Positions 23,906 to 34,339 of a stretch of 64,000 nt of DNA are shown piece after piece. The DNA is from Selaginella moellendorffii (Eukaryota > Plantae > Lycopodiophyta). Location: the NCBI RefSeq assembly GCF_000143415.4, contig NW_003314296.1, forward strand, positions 434,001-498,000, given 5' to 3'. A model generated the notes under the pieces. That model saw nothing but the letters and a program-made list of their open reading frames with translations, was not told the origin of the DNA and made no database searches. Position numbers and translations under genes: made by a program. Numbering within the stretch: position 1 is the first letter of the stretch; the number at the start of each line of letters is the position of its first letter.

Positions 23906-25146
23906 TCAGGAGGATGTCACGAAGTGCGAGGCCAGAAGCTTGGGCATGGTAAACCCCAAGAAGCTATCGCATTCAAAAAGCTCCTGTAGTTTATTGTCAC
24001 AGAGGATCTTCTTCTTATCGGTAGGATCCTGCGCACAAGTAAACGCAACATTAAAGCAGTGAGAAAAGAGAGAGTTTTGTCGTTGAGAACTACCTGAAGT
24101 TGGTTGCTCCTAATGTAGTCCCAAATCCGCTTTACGACCTCGCTCCTCGTCACCTCGCTTTCGCCAGTACCAAAAAACTTTTGGAGGGCGTCTGAGATCG
24201 GAGATGGGACAAGGAATCCCGACGCTTTCCCTTTCCCGGAATCCTTCTTCTGCCTCTTTGTCTTGGGCTCCGAATCTTCGGCCCCTGCACAATCAAGGAA
24301 ACAATCTTTGTGGTCACCATTTTGACTCGCGCAAAAGCCAAAACACTCACCCTCTTCAGTTATAGTCCAAATGTGCTTGGATAAAAGCTTATTCATTTGG
24401 AACATGTCAGTTTGGTCCGTCCCAAACAGCTCACGCAAGGGATCATCGCAAATGATGTTCCGCTTGTTCTCGGGATCTTGTAAGTTGTGAGCACGGATGT
24501 AAACCCAGAGCTGCTTCACCACCTGACGACGAGACGAGCAATGCAAGCAAGCTTAAAAAATGCTTTCAGGAAAAGAAAAACAAGCCTACCTGGGTCCTAG
24601 GCAAGGATTCCTCTCCTATAATTGCCTGGAGCTCCGGCGAGAGACGGCAGAGCTTGTTAAGTCCTCCCCGCTTCTTCTTCTCCTTGGGAGTACTGCAACA
24701 CAAGAGCGGCATTAAGAACCCAAAAGAACAAAACAAAGAAAAACAAAACAAACTAGAAAAGAAGAGAGTTACCTGTCTTCGATCGCGAGCTCGATGTTCT
24801 CTCTGAATTGCTCGAGCTCCTGATCGTTTGGAAGCGAATCCTCGGCAGTGCCCTGCTGCTCCTCCTGCGCCGGAGCAGTGGCATTCGCCTCCTCGTCGCC
24901 CTTGACCAAGGATCCCAGGCTCGTGTTGTGTGCCAGGAACTCATCGACTTGCTGCCGGATGAAATCCTTCTTGTGGGCGAGCTCCACCCCCAAGTTCTTC
25001 TCCAGCACCGCCCTTATGTCGCTCATGGACGTGGTGGACAAGTCGGCGCTGTTGAGAACCAGCCCAATCTCTCGGACAATGTCGCTATCCGCCACTAGCG
25101 ACGCCTCCGCTATGGCCGCTTCTGGGGAGGCCGTTGTCGTCGCCAT
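23906..25146 (-). CDS. DEK-C plus two SWIB/MDM2 domain protein (UAF30/Spp27-like), multi-exon
   Basis: ADLSTTSMSDIRAVLE..KDFIRQQVD; LSPELQAIIG..LPRTQVVKQLWVYIRAHNLQDP; RSEVVKRIWDYIRSNQLQ..PKLLASHF. Confidence 0.9.
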
Positions 25147-25791
25147 GGCAGGATTCTCGAGAAAGACCGGGGGAGTGCCGACAAAGAGAATCGCGCGCTC
25201 GCAAAGCCCTAGCTGAGATTCTAGAGCCTTAGAATGCCGCTCTCATGCCGGAGCCGGAGAGATCCCGCCAACACAGCGCGCTAGCAGCTAAATCCCTCTC
25301 TCTCCTACAAACCTCGGCCGCGCGCTACAAACTCCCGCCCGCCGCGACGCGCAAGATCGATCTGGCCCTGGCAATGCCGCTGCTGTGCGCTCCAGATCCA
25401 GTGCCCTAGGTAGCTTTCCTTTCCCTGGCGACGGACGATCAAAGCCTCGAGCACTGAGGATGCGGCAGAACGAAGGGGTCTGCCGTACCCGTACCGTCAG
25501 CTCGTCCCAGCCGCACGATCGGGCACTCCGGAATGCGCCGCGCGATCGACCGTTGGATTAAAAATCCTATCCGTAAGGCGCGCTTTTCTAAATGTGGGTA
25601 GGTGACCCCGGAGAATATGCTCTCTCCTAGTATGGAAGATTTTCGTTGCTCCTATCCAACGGCTGGCATTCAAAAGAGAAAAATGCCGCGCGATAGTTAG
25701 TTATGGTTTTTAGGGCACGATGAACGAAGGAGAAGGAGCCATCTTCTTCTAGCGCGAGCGCGAGAGCAAAGATTCTTCTTTTCTGTGGAAA

Positions 25792-28091
25792 ATGGGGTGT
25801 GGAGCATCGAAAGAGAGCACTGAAACAGCAGTAGGGAACGTCGCGCAGAGTGTGAGAGCGGCGAATTGCAACAAAAGCACCTCTTGTGCCTTGGCAGCAG
25901 CGAAGAGAAACGAAGAAGTCGCTGCTCGATCGCCCTCGCCGGCTCCACGGCCACAGATTGTCCCGAGTTTCAGAGATTCCAGTTCTTCGCCCCGGCCTAC
26001 GAGCGATTCAATCGCGACGCAACTTGGAAGTGACGTGCAATCCGCCGCTACTCTCGACTCCGGGGACTTCCCAGCTGCTGCTCAATTCGCCGAGCCTGGC
26101 TTGGATTCCTCCGCTACTGCCGAAGTAGTGGACACTGCCGAGGTTGTGGAAACCGCCCAAGTTTTGGAGGCCGAGATCCTGGAGCCTGCCTTGGATACTT
26201 CCACTGCTGCTGGATTGATCAGAGCTCTATCGCCACCACCCGAGTTCCAACTCTGCTACTCCTGTCAATCGGTGATAGACAAGTTGGAGGAGAGGAATGT
26301 AGCAGTGAATATAAACTTCACTAGTACCTCTTCGTTACTCTCGGCGAGGAGACAGCGGCTTAGCAGAACACCATCGCCGGCTCCACAGCCAAACGTCACG
26401 GATTCCCGAGCCTCCACACCGAAAAGCACTGCTGCCGCTGAGCCGATCGCCGCGGCTTCACAAGAGCTTCTTCCTCCCGACGATCTCGTTGCCTCGGCAG
26501 CCTTAGCCGCCGAGTCGAGAGCTTCATCCAGAGCCTCGTCAAGAGCTCCATCGCCGCCATCCGAAGTACCTGCGGCCGAAGTTCCGGTTGCCAGTCAGGA
26601 AAAGTTGGAAGAGAGTGCAAACTCCACTTTGAGGAGACTTAGCAGCAGGACACCATCGCCCGCTCCTCGGCCACTGGTCTGCGAGTGCAGAGGTTCATCA
26701 CCAAAGACCACCACCCTCGAGTCTAGAGGTTTGTCGCCGGCACCGGTGCTGCATTCTGCTGCAGAGTCGAAAGCATCGTCTCGAGCACCATCACCAGCGC
26801 ATGCAGACGTAGAATCCAGAGCATCCTCTCCTAGGCAGCTGTTGAGTAGTTTCAGGAGGCATGTTAGCAGAAGCCCGTCGCCAGCACAGATTATAAGTCA
26901 GGCTAGTAGACATTCCTCACCAGCTGTGGCAGCCGAGATCGCCAAGAGACATAGCAGCAGGAGCGCTTCACCTGCTCCACTTCCCGAGGTTTTCAAGTCC
27001 CAGACCGTTCCAGCTGACATCGCCGCAGATAGCTCGAGCAAAAACACGTCCAGGGCCTCGTTGGCTTCGTTGAAAGATAGCAAAAGTTCACCGGCTGTAT
27101 CCGAGAGAAATGGAAAAGTCTCGCCATATGCGCCTTCGCCAGCTGCGGGAAGCAGAGCCTCGTCCAAATCACCGGCTCTGTCGACAAGAGCTTCGTTCGG
27201 TGTTGGAGACGAGGACGGCGATTTGCTTTCGGCGTCTGCGGCAGCTGCTCTGAAAGCCATTGTGCAGAGAGTGACCAGTGAGTTAGCGGAAAAAGCTGTC
27301 ACTCACCACGACCTTGTGCGAGACGAAGAAAAAAAGACATCCGACACAATTCCGGACCAACTTAAGGTACGCCACTGAAATCGCATCCAGATAGATAGAT
27401 CACTGTTTTTTCGCTTTTTGGCAGAACGAACCGGAACCTGGCAAAGAAGAGAAGACTGATGAAATCTTGTCAACTCAAAGTGAAAACCTCGAAGAGCTAA
27501 GAACGTCAACTCACCTTGAAACAATTCTTTCCTGTAAGTTGCCGAGTTTGCAAACGCTCTTCACACCAAATGAGTTGTGAGCATGCAGGTGTTGAAGCCA
27601 ATAAGCAATCCAGTACCACCGCAGCACCTGCAAAACTTGCGGGAAAGGGTCACTCGCCAAGACCAGGATTGTACGAATACTACCTGGGCCTTCGATCGGG
27701 AGAGTACAACATGTCTCCCCCGTCATCTTCAGCTTCGTCCCAGAATGATGCACTCGCCGGTATCAAGGACGCTCTGGACGAGATAGACATCACCAAAGAC
27801 CTCATGGAAGAGAACGCAGCAACCACAGCGAAGGTGAGCAGTCCCACTTTGGACGTGGAGAGCATCTATAATGAAATCAGGAAGCTGACGTTCTCGGAGT
27901 ACGAGAAACTGGAGCAAAACGATGACAGCAGCAGTATTGAGCATGAAACGGAGATGGTAAGTACCACGACGAAGACTCAAGTTCTGGCGGAGAAGGAGCA
28001 TATCGCCAGCCCCCTGAGCTCCAAAGGCTCTATTGAAGAAGGTGAACGTCTCAATCATAAGCTTCATGAACTATTGACAAGAATACCATAG
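25792..28091 (+). CDS. Uncharacterised N-myristoylated/palmitoylated Ser/Pro/Ala-rich disordered protein (~728 aa); exons 25792-27366, 27425-27533, 27589-28091
   Basis: MGCGASK N-terminus, repeated SR(T/S/A)(P/A)SPAP motifs, and two phase-compatible GT-AG introns. Confidence 0.75.
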
Positions 28092-28236
28092 CCAAGAACT
28101 TCTGACACGGAGAACTTTCTGCAGGACTCGTAGCTTGACAAAACGCGAGCCCTTTCGGCCGTCCTCGATGAGCATATGTTAAAAACTTAGAATACAAACC
28201 ATGGCCTTGGAATTGTCTATCCAATAACTGGCTGCT

Positions 28237-29437
28237 TTAGATGAATATAGTTTCCAACCACTGTCCCAAAGTCTTCGATCTGAAATCAATCCCAGTAAGT
28301 AAATGGAATCCAATGCGCAGTTGCTCAAGTCGTATCGTCGACAAAACCACAGCTGTTGAGATGGAGACAATAAGGAACAATAATTGCAATCTCACTTCAA
28401 AAACTAAGACGTCGATAAAGTTGCGATGGCCTGGATCGACCACTTTAAACTGGAACCAGGATGAGAGCTTCGTAACGCCTGTAAGAATTACGCAGTAGGC
28501 AAGTCCGACTAACAGCGCGTAAACTCCTTTCCAGAACAGATAGCCAGCCGAAGCTGGCTGCTTAAGGTTGTAGGAACTTGCTATCCTGCAAACGAGCACA
28601 AACAACAAGGTGAGGAACTTGTAAACAACTCGTGCCGCTTGCTTACAGTACGATGTAGTCCCGAAGAAGCTTGAATGTGGATGGTGATTCTGGCTTACAG
28701 CGATCTTGAGATGGAAGTCCTATACCATCTATAGAATAAATGGTCTTATCAGTATGGATACAACGGTAGCTGCGGTTTGCCTGCAAGGAAACGAGATCGC
28801 AAAAGAGCCACAAGTTGAGAAACTATTACCTCGAAACTTTCCGCTATTCTCCAAACCTCGGCAAAAACGGGTCTGCAATGACTTGGAAGAACCTCTTTGG
28901 GCTCTTCGAATAAAGATCGAATGGACGAATTCAAGATACTAAACTCCACCTGGGAACAACAACTTAGAACAATCTTCCATTCCATTTTTTCTACCTCAAG
29001 GCCTGCTACCCAATAGTAATCCAAAGAGCAGCGGAATTTCGAAGGGTCGGGCATACCAAACAGTCTGATCGAAACTGGAGATAAGTCACCTGAGAGACAG
29101 GTTTTCGCAACACGAACATCCACGCCTAATTCACAAGAACAAAGTTATAAGAAGAAACGATGAATAAGAAATGGAGCTACAAACTTTTGGATAGTATTTT
29201 ACACTGCGATGAATGCCGGGCGTTGCTCGTTGGAATCCGGAAAACCACGTTTCCAACGAATTGGAACGCTATTCCAAAAATCAGTGGCGTGAGGAAGAAG
29301 AAGGAGGATGAGATCCACCAGCGAGGGAGGTTAACCCGCGCATTGCGACCTTGGCGACATTCCGCAATGCTGTAAATCAAGGGCCATCCTAGGACGGAAA
29401 AAACCACTGGTGCTGTAAACAATGCCATCTCTTGCAT
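28237..29437 (-). CDS. Uncharacterised plant multi-pass membrane protein with a Cys-rich loop, multi-exon; start uncertain
   Basis: The spliced reading is TM(WWISSSFFFLTPLIFGIAF)..CKILSK/SVDVRVAKTC..KFRCSLDYYWVAGLE/VEF..EEPKEVLPSHCRPVF..FE/ANRSYRC, followed by C-terminal TM segments. Confidence 0.65.
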
Positions 29438-31535
29438 AACGCCCACGCCTGATCGATCTCATCCAATACCTCCAAACAAGAGCCCTACCGCAAAACCCTA
29501 GAACAGGGGTTTTCTATAATTTTGCCATACATTATTGACTTTAACCATTGTTATTTATTAGTATTTATAATTCATAAACTTTCTTAAACACTTTCCAGTA
29601 TATTTTAGTTGATATATAATAATATTAATCTTATGTTTATAAACTTTTGAATTAATAAATAAAAGTGAAATTATTATTGAGCAAACCAAGCATTGTTGCA
29701 TGTAATGTGCAATAAATTTTTATTTTTTACACTTTAAAAAATAGTATTTAAATAATTAGTTAAATATTAAACTTAAATGTTTATGCAAAAAATTAATCTC
29801 ATTTTGTGGATACAGATTCTTCCAATTTCACTAGTGCTGGATACTTGACAGGAGGATTTCCAACTTTAAGGTGAAAATCTCTAAAGCATCAGTGAATATT
29901 CTAAGTATATCCTAGGTATTATATCTCTTCTTTTAATTTATATATATATGTATTTTAGTGGAAGTTGGATTGGAAGGATGATGTGGCAGAATCAAAGATT
30001 TTGGGGTTGGGCTCAAGGATTTAAGGTGCCTGCTTGTAGAAGGAGCTACAATTTAGCAGAACCATAACATGATTCATAGGTTGTTGGGAGATCTATCAAA
30101 AACATAATTACAAAATAAAAAATCTGATTCCTAATGCAATCTTCTCTTTGTCAAAATCTTCGGGTGTTGTTTTGATGTTCTTTCCCTTGCTTTCCTTCTT
30201 GCTCTAGATATCTTCATTTTTCAATTTACTTCTTGTGATCTGCAGGATCATTGTTGCATCACACTCCAGGGTCAGAATGTGTCCACCATTGTTTGCAGCT
30301 GCAATCAAGGTATTTCCTGTTACACAAAAGATATTTAAAATGACCCCCTTCTCTGGGGTTGTGCAGCACATGAAATCACAGCTGATTTCTTACCTTTGGA
30401 GCAAGTTTTTCTCCTTGTCAAATAAAGATAAAACCTCCTCATTGCAAAAATCAAAGAAGTTATTGTTGAGATTTCACTAATCAAAGCTTGTTGTTAGAAA
30501 TCTTAGTAAAATCTCATTTGATTTTGATTTTCAGCATATATACAAATTGTGAAAGCATGCCCTATGATCCTTTTATATTTCCGAGTTTCTAAAGGTGTTA
30601 AGAAAGTTACTGTAGGGATAATTTGCTTGTGGCAGCCAAAGTGTTCATAGTGGCATTGCTTTTTGATCTTTCAACATCAACTCTTCCTATCATTGTGAAG
30701 CAAAATTCATGAGGTGCTAAATTGTTCACCCACCAATAGGGAATATGAGCTGTGCCGCAATAGTAATTTAACTTAATATAAGAGGAATTGCATTATTTTA
30801 CTTACTCTATGAGGTGAAGATGGGACCTAACCCCTTCTTCTTGTCCCAAGGGCGGGTCATGCCAGTCAATCCAGATAGATAACATTGAATTTAGATGTGC
30901 AGATCTGTTAAAAGATAATGTAAGTGTCCTCCTTTGGGTATACTGTTGAGATCTAGCCTTTGTCATTTACCATTTTTTGAGAGAAGCTTATTGCAGTTGT
31001 TGATGATTTCATTGTTGCATGTCTACCACCCTTCAACATGTCTCATTTTCGAAGTTGAGACGCAAGCTGCATAGCACCAAGTGAGCACCATAACTTTAGC
31101 TATGTGCTCTTTGGATCTCCTGTGATGATCTTGTAGATCTCAGTGATGCCCATGTTGTCTATCTATTGTTTCCCAGTGTAGATCAACATTATGAGGGCAG
31201 CCCCAAAGTCCTATTGCACCTCCTTTTCTTTTTTGCGGCTTCTTCTACCCCTTCTTCGAAACTGCTACAAGCACGTCCTGAATCTCCTTGCACTCTACGT
31301 CCTTCTTGATTGCATGTTTTCCATTGTGCATCATTGATGTTTTGTACTCATTTATTACATAGACACGACTTTCAAATTTCAAATACAAGTTTTTCATAGC
31401 TCTTTCTTGCTCCTCATTTCCATTTTATTTGCTTCAACTTTTTCTAAGTAGCTTTTTTCTTCTCACAAGTTTCTACTTGGCTCTTTTGCTTCTTCTTCTT
31501 TCCATTCTTCTCCTTATCTCTTTTGTGCATTCTCC

Positions 31536-32054
31536 ATGGCTAATAGATTCGTTGAGCGATGTAAGAAATATCTTCTCGTGGGAGGTGAAGGGGATCAAGA
31601 ACTAGCAACTGTGATCGCTCCCAAATATGTGATTACATATTGGCACGACGGACACTCAAGAGCACAAGTCGGAGAGATCTTCCATTTCAAGCAAGCACTC
31701 ACTGCTGGCGATGAGGAGCAAGATAGCATTGATCTCAAAGTTAAAGCGGTCGCTCCCAAGTCCGACATCATCCTCTATAAAAGGAGGACTGGCGAGTTCC
31801 GTTATTACCCGGAGGTGGATCTCCCAGTGTAAGGCATGGAATACGTTCTCCTCGGCTACCGGTATAATGAGGATTTGCGAGACACCAAGTGGAGGGGGCG
31901 AGACACCGGACATCTTTTGGGTGATTCTGGATGCGGTGGTGGGCTTTTTAGTGACTCTAGAGCTCTCATCGGCATGAACATTGGCTTAAGTGATGATGAT
32001 GAGTGCTGTGTTTTCGTGTCTGGCTTTGTTCATAGGAATGCTGGGAAGCCCTAA
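31536..32054 (+). pseudogene. Intronless trypsin-like (clan PA) serine protease domain with one in-frame TAA at 31830-31832
   Basis: ORFs 31536-31832 and 31836-32054 share a frame. ATVIAPKYVITYWH (His), KSDIILYK (Asp), GMEYVLLGY and LGDSGCGGGLFSD..LIGMNIG (Ser) occur in triad order. Confidence 0.6.
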
Positions 32055-32487
32055 AGAATTTCAATGTATGTTGTATTTCCCTATTTTATAATATGAACCA
32101 GCTAGAAGTTCCAGGATCTTCTCTTGTCACCAATCTTTTGACTGATGCTCAGACTGTCGTGGCTGCTTTCATGGCTTGAGCAGGTCGCAGCAGAAAATGA
32201 CGACGAAACAGCCATGGATTTTGTTTCTGGTTCAACCAAAGATGGCGTGTTTAATTGTCGTGGAACTCAAGAGAGACTTGTTTTGGGGCTCCCATATAGT
32301 TGGGGAGCAAGCCTGCCCTCGCTAAACGCTCACACCACCGAGCGAGATTTGCGACAAGGAACTTGGAAAAAAGGCTGTCAGAAATTTTTCCTTGCCTTTT
32401 TAAAGTTGACGAGCAAGTTATCTTGGCTAGGGTTTGAAGGCCTTTTAAAGTTGACGAGCAAGTTATTGGTTTTGGGCGACAGCGCGA

Positions 32488-33704
32488 ATGGAGGGCGGCG
32501 TTCTCCTCAAGGTGAATCTCTTTGGCATCCCCGCTGCGCTCTACCATTCGTCCTCTCTCTTGTCCCCTAACGAGGGCCCTGTTTCTTTCTGTGTAGGATG
32601 ACATTCGACTAAACGTAGGAAGGGAGGATAATTCAGAGGAACTTCAGCAGCAAAATAGGCTAGAAGACCATGTTCGTAGGCTGGAGAACCATGTTCGACG
32701 GCTTGATGATCAGCAGAAGCTACTCTCCAGGCAGCTCGAGCAGCTGCTCCAGTCTCAAGCGCCACCTCCACAGCCTTCTTTGGAGGAGATCTTGGGAGGC
32801 TTTTCAAAGGTAAGAACTTTTGGTTTTCTCACTTGTGCATTTGTGCATTCATATGTCTCATGCTTCAAGATGGGCACCACGAGACCAAAAACAACAGATG
32901 GATAGATAGATAGACAGATAGTTAGTACCATAGATCATGACTTTTCTTTTTCTTTTGTGCAGGAAGAACCCGTCCTGAAGATCGTGGATGGGTGGTATGC
33001 TGGATGGGAGCGCATCTGGAAAGCTGCCAAAGCTGAAGCTGTCGTCGGATTCGATCAGTATGGCCATCTAGCAGTCCATCTTGGCGGGAATGCCTGTGCG
33101 GTGGTGGCAAGAGACGGCTTGGCAGATTTTCAGAGACTTGAACTCCAGTTCCCCAGGTCCCAGCAGAAGAGTACTGTTGGCTACGTGCTTAAGGCCTATG
33201 AGATGTGTGGCGATCCAGCAGCAGGAGCGCGAGTGCTTGTGACGGAAGACCGCATCACTCCCAGCATCACATGCGTGGATACGCTCTCTCGTGACCTTGG
33301 CGAGCACGTAGTACTCGGTTGCAACGAGGCTGGAGACTTGGAAGCTCACTGGGGACAAATGCAGTGGGTGGAGCTTCCTTCTGGCTTGAAGATTGCGGAC
33401 ATCTACAAGGAAAAGTGCGCTCATCTCGGTGTCGGCAGTGGAGCAAAACTTGATGGGGGTGCTGTTTTCTCTCGTGGTGAGTGTTTCTTGTTTATGTCTT
33501 TCAATGGTTCTTGTTTGTGTGCGAATTGTGTGGTGTTATGGCTTGTTGACAGACGGCTACTTGGGAATAGCGACGAGGAAGGATGAGACGAGCTATTGGA
33601 TTTGGCAGCTATCGGGTGCAGAAGCTCCACAGGTGAATGTCAGAGTGGAGCTGTACAAGAAGAAACTCGCTAAAGCGGGGTTTATGCACGACCGGCTGGA
33701 CTAA
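32488..33704 (+). CDS. Four-exon, 300-aa coiled-coil plus probable inactive trypsin-like domain protein (exons 32488-32511, 32597-32809, 32963-33476, 33553-33704)
   Basis: All three GT-AG introns are phase-compatible and give a 903-nt ORF. Heptad region RLEDHVRRLENHVRRLDDQQKLL; C-terminal GAKLDGGAVFSRDGYLGI. Confidence 0.6.
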
Positions 33705-34339
33705 AGATTTGGAGGAGCTTCGTCTCCCAGTTCTTCGTAACTTGCTGTTTTTCGAAGATTATAACTATGATCTTGGACACTGGTGAGCAGGTGCTCGTCT
33801 CGAGCTCTCTTGATTTTGAGTCACCGTGTCAGTGTTTTTTCCTTTGCTTTTGTTTCTTTTCTTCGTACCAAGAGAGCATTGCAGGGTTCGAGCTTCAAAG
33901 AGAGAAAAAAGCGAAGGACAAAAAGGAACTCGTTCCTTGAGGTGTCTAGAAATCTTCCCCTGGATTATAATTTAACACTCTTAAAAGCCCAAGTAGTAGA
34001 AGTTGTCATTCAAGTTGGTGTTGGTTCTACTGGTCTCGTCAACTTCTAAATGCTGCAGCGTCCGTCGTCCTGATGATATATACTGTCTGTTGGATCCGCC
34101 ACCTTTCTTTCCACTCGGAAAGGAATGGTCAAACTTCCCACAGCTTGTTTCGATCGATCGGATTAGGAGATCCAGCTCGATCTTTGCCTGTTGCTGGGAG
34201 ATAAAAGTTTGATCTCTGGGAGAGATGGAAGCCAAGAAGGTATCCATCTCCAAGAGCTCGATCATCAAACCTGCCTCGTAGAGTCTTCTGATTGATCGTC
34301 TAGAACCGGGAGCCCTGCTCGATCTAAAACCATACACTT

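Noticed and set aside
29520-31530. AT-rich region with decayed coding-like patches (similar to 6400-8030)
   Set aside because: No recognisable domain, termini or TSD; probably old TE debris but not supportable.
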